Assembly (NCBI GenBank): GCA_963754925.1
Contig: CAVWHX010000004.1
Span: forward strand, 192,001-256,000
Source: an uncultured delta proteobacterium
GTDB lineage: Bacteria; Myxococcota; B64-G9
Length of the DNA stretch: 64,000 bases
Direction of reading: 5' to 3'
Shown: positions 18,464-28,508 of the stretch, in pieces
How the letters are laid out: each line of letters begins with the position of its first letter
Numbering within the stretch: the stretch's first letter is position 1
Translations under genes and position numbers: made by a program
Notes under the pieces: model-generated
Databases searched by the model: none
The model's input: only the letters and a program-made list of their open reading frames with translations
Told to the model about the DNA's origin: nothing

Positions 18464-21280
18464 TCACTCAACCTCCAACCGCTCTGCGGGGGATGGTTCA
18501 ACCTTCTCATCGGGAGCAACCGGCGCAGCCTCTTCGGGAGTAACCGGTGCCGGAACAACGCTTGAATTCTCACCGGGAGCCGACGGCGCAGCGGCAGGAG
18601 CGGCCTTCTCATCAGGCGTTGGTTTGGACTCAGGAGCGGATTTATTCTCCGCAGGGGGCTTCTCATCGGGTGCAGACTTGGTTCCCTCGGCAGCCGGTTT
18701 ATTCTCATCCAGAGTCTTTACAGATTGGGCCGTTGGCGTGATAAGAACCTCGGTGCCGACGCCCGGCCCGCCGTTTTCGGTGCGCTGGAGCTCCTGACGG
18801 AGAACCAGATGCATGTCCGCCAGGGGGCCATGTTTGCGCCGATAATCCACAAACGACTGGTAGTCCTTGCCGGCGTTGTAAAACTTCTCGAGAAACTCCT
18901 TGCGCTCGCGGATCTTGCGCTCGAAGATTACTTTGAAATCCGCCGCAGACTCGATCACGTAGGGGGTCAGAAACAGCAATAAATTAGTCTTGCTCTTTGC
19001 CACGTTCCTGTTTCGGAAGAAGAACCCAATCACCGGGATATCGCCCAAGAGGGGGATCTTGGTCTCGGTTACATTGATCGAATCGCGTATGAGTCCGCCC
19101 ACCACGACGGTTTGCTGGTCTTGTACCACCACCACGGTTTTGGCCGAACGTTTGGTGGTGGTTGGACCATAGACGCCGCCTTGGTCTTTGACGTCACTGA
19201 GTTCTTCTTCCAGCTCCATACGGATATAGTTGCCTTTGTTAATTTGGGGTTTGATTTTTAGGACGAGCCCGACATCCTGGCGCTGGATCGAAGCCATTCC
19301 CAACCCGCCCAAACCGGACAACCCGGACAGGGCCGAGGTGGTCCCTGTCGTGCTGGTATTCGTCAGCGAGGACAGACCCGCCAGCGAGCCGAGGCTGCTG
19401 CCATACGGGCTGTAGCCAGCCGGAATCGGAATGTTGTCGCCAACCTTGATTTCTGCTTGCTCATTATCGGAGGTCAGGATATGCGGGGTGCTGATCACAT
19501 TTACGTTTGAGTCGGTTTGCAACGCCTCGAGCATGACGCCGAACGAGGGCAGGCTAAGACCCGCGGCACCGAGAATGTTCTGAGAGGAAGTGGATGCAAG
19601 GGTAGGGCCTTGCAACCCGCTGACAAAACCCAGCAGACTGAGGTCATTGGTAAGCGAGATTGAGTTGAAGTTCGTCGAACCCTGAACTTTATACTGCGTA
19701 CCGAAAAACAGCGGGACGGTATCGCCGTTGATCTTAGCCGAAGTACCGCCGTGGAAGGCAAACCCCGTATCGCGCGTGGAGTCGATATTAACCTCCATCA
19801 ACACGGCCTCGACAAAGACTTGACGGCGCGGGATGTCGAGTTTCTTGACCACCTGAATCAAGCTCATGAAATCATGTTTACTGGCCATCACGACCAGCGA
19901 GTTGGTGGACTTAGCACTGGTGACTTTGACTTCACCTTGGAAAAGCTCGGCGGCCTTCGCCCCCGGCATGCCGGTCGCTCCGGGAGGCTGCGTCGTCGTC
20001 TTGGAGCGCGTGGCGCTTCCTTGAGCCAGGGCGGTCAACGTGGAAGCTATCTCCTCGGCATTGGCGTTCTCCAGATAAATGACCTGAAGCTGGTCACCCC
20101 CGGCGACGGGCACATCCAATTGATCGATCACCTGTCGAATCTGGGGGAAGGAACGCGAGCTGGCCACCACTATCAACTTGTTGGTTCGCTCATCCGGAAT
20201 TATCTTCGACACCCGTACCGCCTCTTCACCGCCTTCTCCCTCCGGCTGGGCGCCCGGTACACCCGGAAGCCGAACCGGCTGGATATGCGGCGTCACCTGT
20301 CCACCCGGGCCCGGGGTGCCTGTCTTAGACTTGTCGCCAAAAATTTCAAGGAGCTTGGGTGAAAGATCGTTGACCACTGCAAACTTCAATTGAATGACGC
20401 GGATTTCCTCTTGTCCTTGAGGGGTATCGAGTTGGTTTATAATCTGCATTAAGCGGACGATGTTCGATGCGGTGTCAGAGATGATCAGGAGGTTGGTCGG
20501 CGTATACGGGTAGCAATCGCCATCCTTGGTGGTCAGTTGTTTCATGGTGGCGCTGACCGTATTGGCGTCGCTATACTTGAGCTGCACCAACCTGGTGACC
20601 ATCTGATCGAGCGATGGCATGGTGACTTCATTGCCGAGATACGTTGGAATCGTGTCCTTAATCGAGTCGCGCTTCATTTGAATCTTATAGAACCGTCCTA
20701 TCTTGATCACCGTCATGCTGTTGACGTTGAGGGCCGACAAAAAAGCCCGGTAGGCTTCATCGGCGGTTACCGGCGTGGCCGACAAGATCGTGAGTTTGCC
20801 GCCGCGGACGCTATCGCTCAAGATGAAGTTCCTGCAGGTCTGTTCGCTGATCCAGCGCACAATGTCGACAATCTCGGCCTCGGGGAAATTCATTTGCACC
20901 CGGGCATTAGGCGGCATGGGTTTGCATTTTTTTTCAGCTTCCTTGGGCACACCTTTATCGTCAACCTCGCCGCCGGGTCCTTTCGGCGCAATCGGCGTTT
21001 TGCCCGGTACCTCTACCGGTGCGACCATCCGAAGCTTTTGTGCGGCGGCATCCGGCGGTTTCGGAGGTGAAGACGGAACCCCTGGCCGTACCTGCGGCAT
21101 TCGTGCATCAGCCGGCCCGCCCGGTGCGCCCGTCGGTTGCTCAGGAGGAACGTTGGGTCCCGGTAGCGGCGGTTTCTGAGGAACCGTTGCCTGGGCAATG
21201 AATGACTCCGATGCGCCCGGAACGTCTCGTTGAGGACTCACACCCAGAAGGAGCAGACAGAAAATAAGAGACGTGCTCAT
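18464..21280 (-). CDS. gspD: Type II secretion secretin D
   Basis: N0-N3 domains, LDIPRRQVFVEA, STPHILT, KIPLLGDIPVIG. Confidence 0.95.
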   Translation of the reverse strand: MSTSLIFCLLLLGVSPQRDVPGASESFIAQATVPQKPPLPGPNVPPEQPTGAPGGPADARMPQVRPGVPSSPPKPPDAAAQKLRMVAPVEVPGKTPIAPKGPGGEVDDKGVPKEAEKKCKPMPPNARVQMNFPEAEIVDIVRWISEQTCRNFILSDSVRGGKLTILSATPVTADEAYRAFLSALNVNSMTVIKIGRFYKIQMKRDSIKDTIPTYLGNEVTMPSLDQMVTRLVQLKYSDANTVSATMKQLTTKDGDCYPYTPTNLLIISDTASNIVRLMQIINQLDTPQGQEEIRVIQLKFAVVNDLSPKLLEIFGDKSKTGTPGPGGQVTPHIQPVRLPGVPGAQPEGEGGEEAVRVSKIIPDERTNKLIVVASSRSFPQIRQVIDQLDVPVAGGDQLQVIYLENANAEEIASTLTALAQGSATRSKTTTQPPGATGMPGAKAAELFQGEVKVTSAKSTNSLVVMASKHDFMSLIQVVKKLDIPRRQVFVEAVLMEVNIDSTRDTGFAFHGGTSAKINGDTVPLFFGTQYKVQGSTNFNSISLTNDLSLLGFVSGLQGPTLASTSSQNILGAAGLSLPSFGVMLEALQTDSNVNVISTPHILTSDNEQAEIKVGDNIPIPAGYSPYGSSLGSLAGLSSLTNTSTTGTTSALSGLSGLGGLGMASIQRQDVGLVLKIKPQINKGNYIRMELEEELSDVKDQGGVYGPTTTKRSAKTVVVVQDQQTVVVGGLIRDSINVTETKIPLLGDIPVIGFFFRNRNVAKSKTNLLLFLTPYVIESAADFKVIFERKIRERKEFLEKFYNAGKDYQSFVDYRRKHGPLADMHLVLRQELQRTENGGPGVGTEVLITPTAQSVKTLDENKPAAEGTKSAPDEKPPAENKSAPESKPTPDEKAAPAAAPSAPGENSSVVPAPVTPEEAAPVAPDEKVEPSPAERLEVE

Positions 21281-21301
21281 GGTAGAAAGGTCTCCGAACT
21301 A

Positions 21302-22225
21302 TTAGCGGATTTGATAGCTCAATGTTTGCTTCTGACCTTGTCGAGTTAGTTCGACTTCGATCGAGTCTGAAGTTTTGAGTTTTTGATAGACTTCCAACGC
21401 CTTATCGGGGCTGTTCATAGGAAAGCCATTGATCTTTTGAACCACATCGCCGTTTTCGATGCCCATTTTGCTATAGAGCGAGTCAGGCCGAATTGCGAAA
21501 AGTTTAAACCCATCGGCTTCACCGTTGGTAAAGGATGGCACAATCCGGGCCTGCATGGCGATGGTATTAAGATTGGCCAGGGTCTTGTCGATCTCGCTGC
21601 GATCGATAGCGTATCTATTAGTCCCGAGCTGCCTGACATTGATGGAATCATCACCGCTCCCGTCCGTCTTCGGCACGCCACGGGCCGCTGCGACCTTGAC
21701 ACCCTTGGCGCCTTTTTCCTGAAGCTCGATATATTCATGCACGCCGTTTCGCTGCACGTATACTCGCAGGGAGTAAATACCCGAGACGGTGGCTTCACCC
21801 ATAAGGGCATCGCCGACGCGATAGATGTTGGTCTGTGAACTGGTCTGATCCGTTATGACCGCCATCGACCACCGCATCTCACTGGCAACAATCGTACCGA
21901 CCAGCGTTGCTCGGAGGTTACTCTGCTGTCCCTCCTTGAGGAGGTTTTGGCCATTGATATCATTCAAGGCTGGGCCGTTGAGAGTATCCTTTTTCAGCGC
22001 CATAGCCGAACCAAAGTAATTACGATCAAGAATGACCTTGTTGTCCTCGACCTGGGGTTTTGGGCTGCTTGCGGGACGCCCCTTTTGAGCAGTCTGAGTC
22101 ATGCTTGGAATCGAACGCATTTTGACCGCAACCACGGCGTTTATTGCGTTTGACAACAACCATGCGGCCACGGCTATGAATAACAGGTTTGTCGTCCAAA
22201 AGTATTTCTTGATCAGGGCGTCCAT
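21302..22225 (-). CDS. gspC: Type II secretion protein C with PDZ domain
   Basis: TM, HR domain (LVGT..A.I), PDZ (GFKLFAIRPDSLY..GD). Confidence 0.9.
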   Translation of the reverse strand: MDALIKKYFWTTNLLFIAVAAWLLSNAINAVVAVKMRSIPSMTQTAQKGRPASSPKPQVEDNKVILDRNYFGSAMALKKDTLNGPALNDINGQNLLKEGQQSNLRATLVGTIVASEMRWSMAVITDQTSSQTNIYRVGDALMGEATVSGIYSLRVYVQRNGVHEYIELQEKGAKGVKVAAARGVPKTDGSGDDSINVRQLGTNRYAIDRSEIDKTLANLNTIAMQARIVPSFTNGEADGFKLFAIRPDSLYSKMGIENGDVVQKINGFPMNSPDKALEVYQKLKTSDSIEVELTRQGQKQTLSYQIR

Positions 22226-22271
22226 CTACCCTCCTTCAAAAACACAACCCAAAGTATTCGGTTATATATAC

Positions 22272-22287
22272 AGCAATCCTCATGCCA
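22272..22287 (-). promoter_or_regulatory. sigma54 (-24/-12) promoter of the gsp operon
   Basis: Minus strand TGGCAT-GAGGA-TTGCT. Confidence 0.8.
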
Positions 22288-22321
22288 ACAAGATGCGCAA
22301 TGTTGCACCCGCGGTATTATG

Positions 22322-22334
22322 TAACATATTGATA
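22322..22334 (-). promoter_or_regulatory. IHF binding site
   Basis: Minus strand TATCAATATGTTA matches WATCAAnnnnTTR in an AT-rich patch. Confidence 0.6.
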
Positions 22335-22388
22335 ATGAATAATATATCTAATTCGAGTATTGGGGGTTTTCTCTATCACAAAGATTGA

Positions 22389-22448
22389 CTGACAAATTGA
22401 CAACAATTGCCGGGCAACGATAAAACCTCTGACAAATTGTCAGCAATT
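22389..22448. promoter_or_regulatory. Candidate enhancer (UAS) for a sigma54 activator
   Basis: Two copies of CTGACAAATTGwCArCAATT spaced 40 bp; the second contains the palindrome TGACA-AAT-TGTCA. Confidence 0.55.
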
Positions 22449-22518
22449 AATCATTTCCCGATTTGAACTCTGAAGGGGTTGATTGCGTTCGCGAGATTTT
22501 CTTTGTACAACGGGTTAA

Positions 22519-23490
22519 GTGATTTTCTTGGAGACTTCGGTGAACCAAAATCCGGTACCCATAGCCGTCGTAGGCGTCGGTTATTTTGGGTCGTTGCATT
22601 GCGATAAACTGGCCGCTCTGCAAAACGCGAAGTTAACGGCAGTTGTCGATCTAGACCGCCAACGAGCCCGTGAGACGGCGGCTCGTTTCAAGACCGCGGC
22701 ATGGTCGTCCCATCGTGACCTCATCGGTCGGGTTCAAGGAGCGATTATCGCGACACCTGCCTCAACCCACTATTCCATTGCGGCTGATTTGCTCTCGGCT
22801 GGGATGGATGTTTTTGTCGAGAAGCCGTTTACCACCAAGCTCTCTGAAGCCGAACAGCTCTGTCGTCTCGCTGCCGAGCGATCCGCGATATTACAGGTTG
22901 GCCATATTGAACGCTACAATCCGACCGTTGCCGCTGCGTTGCAATTGATCAGCGCGCCGCGCTATGTTCATTTTGAACGGTCCGGACCATACCCCAATCG
23001 AAGTCAGGATACCCATGTTGTCTTTGATATCATGACGCACGATCTGGATTTGTTGCTCCAAATCGCGCATGCGCCGCTCGCGTCGTGCTCGGCAGTCGGT
23101 TTTTCGGTGGTGACTAACTATTTAGACCTGGTATGCGCCCAGTTTGCATTCGAGGACGGGTTAGCGGCCGAATTGATAGCCTCTCGCGTTGGCCCGCACA
23201 AAAGGCGCGCATTCAAAGTCCTGGACGCCGATGGGTGGCTCGAAGCAGACCTCATGGGCGGCCAGATCAAGCGAAGCCCGATCCGGGAGGGTCCCCGGAG
23301 CGCTCAGACGTTCAACGTGTCGGCATCCGATCCACTGCTTCTGCAGGATCGCGCCTTCGTTGAGTCGCTTCTCAGTCGCCGACCACCGCTGGCGGATGGC
23401 GTTACGGGAACATCAGTGGTGGCGTTGGCCGAGCGCGTGGTGGCCAGCGCGCAGTCGAACGCATCCCCGGTTATTCTTGAGGGCCGCTAA
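22519..23490 (+). CDS. Gfo/Idh/MocA oxidoreductase (GnnA-like)
   Basis: VVGVGYFG, FVEKP, QVGHIERYNP, DIMTHDLD. Confidence 0.85.
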   Translation: MIFLETSVNQNPVPIAVVGVGYFGSLHCDKLAALQNAKLTAVVDLDRQRARETAARFKTAAWSSHRDLIGRVQGAIIATPASTHYSIAADLLSAGMDVFVEKPFTTKLSEAEQLCRLAAERSAILQVGHIERYNPTVAAALQLISAPRYVHFERSGPYPNRSQDTHVVFDIMTHDLDLLLQIAHAPLASCSAVGFSVVTNYLDLVCAQFAFEDGLAAELIASRVGPHKRRAFKVLDADGWLEADLMGGQIKRSPIREGPRSAQTFNVSASDPLLLQDRAFVESLLSRRPPLADGVTGTSVVALAERVVASAQSNASPVILEGR

Positions 23491-24103
23491 GAATAATTTT
23501 TGCCCAGGTTGGCAACCGTTTTGCGTGCCAGACCAATTTTCCTTGCTCAAAATTTGCGAGGTGTCGGTACGGAGTGTCAAAGAAGCTGTTATCGAAGAGG
23601 TACAGTTTGTCGACGATGCCGATAGCCGCGCGGAGATTATTCAACGATCGTGAGAATCGCTCTCTGATTTTATCATCGGGGACATCATGCCCCCCGTCTT
23701 CCACTCGCTGGTACACGCGGGCGATGCACATCTCCGGGTCTTCAACACAGATAAAGACCAAAAAGATTGTATACCCGCGCCGCTGGGCGTTTTTCAGAAA
23801 TTCAATTTTATCCCCCTGTTGATCGGAGAACACCGTCTCCATACAAAATGATCTGCCCGCCTTAACAAAATTGTGCCGCCTGCGATCGGCGGCCTTCGCG
23901 GCGATATAGGCCGCGGCCGCCGGATTGGAAGGATTCATCTCCCGAGCAATCGTATCGGCACTCACAAAAGGCAGTCCGAGGGCGGTAAGATACTCTTCAT
24001 AAAAGGTCGACTTGCCCGAACCATTGGGACCAGCCAGCACAACCATTATTCTGGGGTTTCGGAAAGCGGGCTTTTGCATTTTTTCACGGCGCGCACAACT
24101 CAC
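23471..24103 (-). CDS. Zeta-toxin-like P-loop kinase/ATPase
   Basis: AGPNGSGKST, ETVFS, RV..GGHDVP, DNS; GTG start overlaps the upstream stop (GTGA). Confidence 0.85.
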   Translation of the reverse strand: MSCARREKMQKPAFRNPRIMVVLAGPNGSGKSTFYEEYLTALGLPFVSADTIAREMNPSNPAAAAYIAAKAADRRRHNFVKAGRSFCMETVFSDQQGDKIEFLKNAQRRGYTIFLVFICVEDPEMCIARVYQRVEDGGHDVPDDKIRERFSRSLNNLRAAIGIVDKLYLFDNSFFDTPYRHLANFEQGKLVWHAKRLPTWAKIILSGPQE

Positions 24104-24525
24104 GAGATAGCGAGAGCTTTTTTCTTCGCGGCAGGAATGAAACGCCTATTCTTTATGTGACCCGGCGTTCGGGTGCCGTCGGGATCGATCTTCACCAGCA
24201 TTCCCGGAAACTGAGGATCGATACTATAGATGGGCTTTCCTGAGGATTGAATTCTTTCTTTGAGATTTGATCGGTCGGTCGATGCGGCGATTTGATCGAG
24301 TATCGCGAGAATCTGCTCTCGCTTGGTTGGGTTTGTAAACGCCTGCTTCAGATTCCCCTCATGCTGCTTGAGATCGAGCAGGTCGTTGTGCATAAGCGCC
24401 GCTTCAACAGCGCGTCCGAGCGTCGCCCAATGTTCGATCTGAGCGGTGATGGAACGGTCCGTCGTTTTGGCCTCGACCCGAGCCGCGCTCACCAAATTGT
24501 CAGATAACTTAACCGGCATTCCCAT
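24100..24525 (-). CDS. ParD-like antitoxin (RHH) with C-terminal extension
   Basis: PVKLSDNLV..AR......RSITAQIEHWATLGRAVE signature. Confidence 0.8.
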   Translation of the reverse strand: MGMPVKLSDNLVSAARVEAKTTDRSITAQIEHWATLGRAVEAALMHNDLLDLKQHEGNLKQAFTNPTKREQILAILDQIAASTDRSNLKERIQSSGKPIYSIDPQFPGMLVKIDPDGTRTPGHIKNRRFIPAAKKKALAIS

Positions 24526-24574
24526 AAGCGTCTCCGGAAAACCTATGAAAGATCGCTTCGTTCAGGACTAACCT

Positions 24575-24630
24575 CTAGTCCCCTCCGGGGACAAGACACT
24601 GTAATTCCCTTCGGTCATAACAGTGTCTAG
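24575..24630 (-). repeat. Modular hairpin repeat copy (56 bp)
   Basis: Minus strand CTAG-ACACTG-TT-ATGACCGAAGGGAA-TTA-CAGTGT-CTTG-TCCCC-GGA-GGGGA-CTAG. Confidence 0.8.
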
Positions 24631-24697
24631 TAGCATTTTACTACCTGTGAAATAAGAGGTCAAGAGCGATTATTGCTTTTATCGACTCTTAATCTGA

Positions 24698-26320
24698 TTA
24701 GAATTCAGCCCCCCACTGTAGGCCAATAACGGAGTTTCCATCGGTTCCGCCGAAAAGTGGAGAAAACCCCCTCAAGGCGAGGGGCGTCGCAGGCGATTTG
24801 TAGGTAAGGTCAAGGATTATACCGGTTATTATAGCACCTGCGCCGACTGCATATAGGCCGATAGCGACACCCAACAAGGTATTCGCCTTTGTCAGCTTTT
24901 CATGTTTACTCGGATTGTAACTATCCGCGTTGGCGTCCGATCGAATCGATTCAGAAGCAATCGTCGCCCCTACGCCGCCCCCCACGAACGCGGCCCCGGC
25001 CGCCGCCCACCAATACCACCGTCGATACCACGGTTTTACCTGTTTTTGCACTTTGGCGGAAGCTTGGGCGGTCGTCAATTCTGGTCTCGGTTTTTGAGCG
25101 GGCGTCACCGGAGACATGGCAACCGGCGGTTGCGGCTCTTTCTTCGTCCGCACGTCCTCTACGGTGCCGCGCGCCTTCCCCGTGACAACAAAAAAAGCCA
25201 GATTCTGGATATCATCGCTGGTCAATAGTGCGGTAGCGCCCCTGGTTTCTACTTCGGCCTCTCGGTTAACGCTTCCCGTCGAAAGGTCCACGACACCGAC
25301 CCTGGCTGTGCCGCCTTCCTTGTCTACCGTTTGTATCACGGTGATAAGGCTGTTGGTGCCGAGCTTGTTGCTCAGCGCAGGCAGTAGCGATGGTGGAATA
25401 TAGGTTTCATTTTTTGGCAATTTCAATGCTGGATACGCCGCCGACAAATCTATGGCTTGCTCGAGGGCGATATTCGCCTTTACGACCATTCCCTTGGCCC
25501 CGACATTGACCCATAGAGACATCTTTCCGGCGCTTGGGTGCACTAACTGAAGATGGTATTTCCCCTGAATGAAATCGCCGGAAAACGGTGTCTTGCCGAA
25601 CGACACACCGTCTAACACGACCTCGGCGTCGGCGGGATCGCTCTCGACCGTAAGCTTTCCCTTCTTCATGGTCTTGATTTTTTTTCGGGCTTTCTCGAGC
25701 ATCTCCATCTCTTGAGATGCAGAAGATTCAGAAAGCTTCAACTCCGGCCGGGTGCGTAACAGTTTTAGGTATGTCTCCATCCATTCATTGGTGCTGGGTG
25801 CGCCCCGCTCGTGAAAACCAATCATCCACCACTGCACCATGCCGAGGTAACAGGTTGCCAATTCATACATCTTCCAGCGGGCCACGCTGGGATTGGTCCT
25901 TTCCAAATCACTCAGAAGTTTTTTTAGGATGTTCAGCCGATCGGGATTGGTCAGGCTGTTGGGGTCGTCCGAACTGCTGTCGGTAAAGATGGCTTGATGA
26001 ATGCTTCTTTTCCAACCGTCGATATCCTCCGCGAAGCTTTCATCCGGTCGATCGAGGGTGAGGATCTCTCTGGTTTTGTTTATGGGGACAAGGGTTGTGC
26101 GGGGATACATGCGCAACGCATCCTGAAAACCGGATAAAAACTTCTCGACATCCGGCGCCGGCTGCTGATCCTTCGGATGCAACACCAACAATGCAGCCGG
26201 GCCCTTTATTAGCTCTCTCTCTTGGGATTGGGCAACCCTCGGTGTGAAGAAACCAACGCTTGCCTCCCCAATCGCAAGGAAGCAAAAAACTACACGATAC
26301 GATGAAGTGAGTGTTTTCAT
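24698..26320 (-). CDS. Exported PEGA-domain protein
   Basis: Signal-like N-terminus; LTVESDPADAEVVLDG..GKTP PEGA motif; Gly-rich helices; C-terminal Phe. Confidence 0.8.
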   Translation of the reverse strand: MKTLTSSYRVVFCFLAIGEASVGFFTPRVAQSQERELIKGPAALLVLHPKDQQPAPDVEKFLSGFQDALRMYPRTTLVPINKTREILTLDRPDESFAEDIDGWKRSIHQAIFTDSSSDDPNSLTNPDRLNILKKLLSDLERTNPSVARWKMYELATCYLGMVQWWMIGFHERGAPSTNEWMETYLKLLRTRPELKLSESSASQEMEMLEKARKKIKTMKKGKLTVESDPADAEVVLDGVSFGKTPFSGDFIQGKYHLQLVHPSAGKMSLWVNVGAKGMVVKANIALEQAIDLSAAYPALKLPKNETYIPPSLLPALSNKLGTNSLITVIQTVDKEGGTARVGVVDLSTGSVNREAEVETRGATALLTSDDIQNLAFFVVTGKARGTVEDVRTKKEPQPPVAMSPVTPAQKPRPELTTAQASAKVQKQVKPWYRRWYWWAAAGAAFVGGGVGATIASESIRSDANADSYNPSKHEKLTKANTLLGVAIGLYAVGAGAIITGIILDLTYKSPATPLALRGFSPLFGGTDGNSVIGLQWGAEF

Positions 26321-28257
26321 TCGAGCACGAATCTCTGTCTCGTGATTTTCCCGGGGTTAATGGTGACTTTCACCAACCGGGTTTTATCTTTGTTGTTTTT
26401 GTCCACCAACCGGAGGGTATAGTCCCCGGCCGGCAGGGCAATGTCCAACATCGTCGACCCTAAGAGCTTATTGCCCTGGTAAACCAAGCTCGGCGGTATC
26501 GTGATTATCTGCAGCTGGCCTTTACGGGGAGCGAGAGCGACCAGTTCTTTATCAGAACGTTCGGGAGGTTTCGTATTTGGTTCCAAACGCTGCACGGCAC
26601 TATTCGGTTTTTGGGTCGTCGCAGCATAGATGCTTGCATCTGTTTTTGTATTTGAAGAATCTATGGTGGATGCGCCGATCGCCCGGTCATTGTTGACCGG
26701 GCCCGAAACGACAGGCTCTCGCGTGCGTATTTCAGGAGGGGACGGCGGCGGGGTAGGTTGTGGTTTCGGCCTATTCGGCACGGGTACCGGCGGTGTGGGA
26801 GCATCAATGGAGGCTGTCGCCGCGGGGCGCGGTTCTTCCTTAGGGGGCACCACAGCAACGATAGCTTCTTTGACCGGCGCGGTAACCGACGAATCACGGC
26901 TCTTGTATTGATCCCATATCTTGTATCCACCTATCCCCATCGCGACCCCGCCGCAACAAATGGCAAGGCCGATCAGTGTCAACTTTTTGATGCTCCACCG
27001 TTTTGCTACAGTATTTAACTGTTCTTCACTTAACAGTACGGTCTCTTTTATGGCAGCACTCTGTTGGCTGGGTGATGATTGAGAAACGGTACGTTGAGCA
27101 TAGGCATCGAACTCGTTGCCGGCGGGCGTTATGGTAGCGCGTTCAAACCATTCCTGTGCCTGATCTGAGACTGTTTTATGTACGTCCAAAACTTGGGTGT
27201 CCAGCGCATCCGGTAGGCCCGAAAAAAGCTCGCGATAGAGATTGGATAGCAGCGTCCCCCGTTGAACATTCGGATATAAGCCCAGTATGTTTTCTGCTTG
27301 CCTCATCACCGCGCTTGCCGAACCGATGCGTTTATCAGGATTGCGCTCCAGCAGCCCTTTCAGCAACTCGTCAACCTCCGCGCCAACATCGACGTTAAAC
27401 GAGGAGGCTGGTTTGACGGGTGAGTTGTGGAGGTTATACAAAATAACCTGATCGCTGTCCCCGGTGAACAACCGCTGGCCGGCAAGCAATTCCCACAAAA
27501 CACAACCGAGCGCGAAGATGTCGGATCGTCGGTCCACCTGCTCGCCGCGCGCTTGCTCGGGCGACATATAGCCGACTTTGCCCTTGACCAAGCCGGCTTT
27601 CGTGTGCGACGAAGCCGTGGCGAGCTTAGCTATACCAAAATCCGTAATTTTTACTTCGCCAGCGCTTGAAAGAATTATGTTGTGGGGGCTCACGTCGCGA
27701 TGAACTATCTCCGGCACGCCCTGACGAAGCTCGCCATGCGCAAAGGCCAGCCCCTTGCATATCTCCACCCCAATCATCAAGACTTCCGGGACCGCAAGCT
27801 TGCGATTGATGTCGCGACATCGCAAGAGCATTTGGCGCAAATCGCGTCCGTCCACGAGCTCCATAACGATGCAGTATCTGCCCTCGATCTGATTGAATTC
27901 GTAAATCCTTACAATGTTGGCATGGTCGAGCCGAGCCGATAGGCTTGCCTCCTGCATAAACATCTGGACGAACTCGGGATCGTTTGAAAAGTTCGGCAGG
28001 ATAAGCTTTATTGCGACATTCTTCTCAAATCCTCCTGGTCCGGCAAACCGAGCGCGAAACACTTCCGCCATGCCCCCGCCGCCGAGTCGCCCCGTAAGAA
28101 CATACTTGCCAAACTGCTTCTCCACGTTCGTCACCGCTCCATAGCGGCACTCTACGGCCGCAACTGGCACACCTGCGCAACTCAGCTCTATCTCATTGAT
28201 ACTCGCCCTCGAACCAATTGCTGACTCGGGGCGAGAATAGGGACATGCTCCAATCAA
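26317..28257 (-). CDS. Membrane Ser/Thr protein kinase with Pro-rich and PEGA-like extracytoplasmic region (true start probably near 28131)
   Basis: LGGGGMAEV, VAIK, HRDVSPHN, DFG, YMSPEQ, TM segment. Confidence 0.92.
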   Translation of the reverse strand: MIGACPYSRPESAIGSRASINEIELSCAGVPVAAVECRYGAVTNVEKQFGKYVLTGRLGGGGMAEVFRARFAGPGGFEKNVAIKLILPNFSNDPEFVQMFMQEASLSARLDHANIVRIYEFNQIEGRYCIVMELVDGRDLRQMLLRCRDINRKLAVPEVLMIGVEICKGLAFAHGELRQGVPEIVHRDVSPHNIILSSAGEVKITDFGIAKLATASSHTKAGLVKGKVGYMSPEQARGEQVDRRSDIFALGCVLWELLAGQRLFTGDSDQVILYNLHNSPVKPASSFNVDVGAEVDELLKGLLERNPDKRIGSASAVMRQAENILGLYPNVQRGTLLSNLYRELFSGLPDALDTQVLDVHKTVSDQAQEWFERATITPAGNEFDAYAQRTVSQSSPSQQSAAIKETVLLSEEQLNTVAKRWSIKKLTLIGLAICCGGVAMGIGGYKIWDQYKSRDSSVTAPVKEAIVAVVPPKEEPRPAATASIDAPTPPVPVPNRPKPQPTPPPSPPEIRTREPVVSGPVNNDRAIGASTIDSSNTKTDASIYAATTQKPNSAVQRLEPNTKPPERSDKELVALAPRKGQLQIITIPPSLVYQGNKLLGSTMLDIALPAGDYTLRLVDKNNKDKTRLVKVTINPGKITRQRFVLE

Positions 28258-28414
28258 AGTCCATTGAATTTTAGCATGTCTCTAGGCAAATCGAAAAACT
28301 TTTACCTCACCCTGAGCCGTTGGAAAACGCTGCTCGTCAGCTTCTTCCAACGAGAGCCCGATTGCAAGATATTGATAATCACGGTAATAGTTTATTTCCT
28401 GGTTGAGGGGAAAT

Positions 28415-28473
28415 CCCTTTTCCCGCGGTCAGGAGAAGGTTTACTCTTATCTCCCTCTCCCGTCGAGAGAGGG
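28415..28473. repeat. Degenerate pair of CCCTCTCCC/GGGAGAGGG-type REP-like palindromes
   Basis: CCTTTTCC..GGAGAAGG and CCCTCTC..GAGAGGG, similar to 8367-8390. Confidence 0.4.
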
Positions 28474-28508
28474 AAAAAGCGGATAATATAGTATAAGGAG
28501 TCTTTTGA

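Noticed and set aside
18464..18720. Tandem DNA repeat in the gspD 3' end
   Set aside because: Imperfect Pro/Ala/Glu/Lys low-complexity coding tail, common in secretin termini
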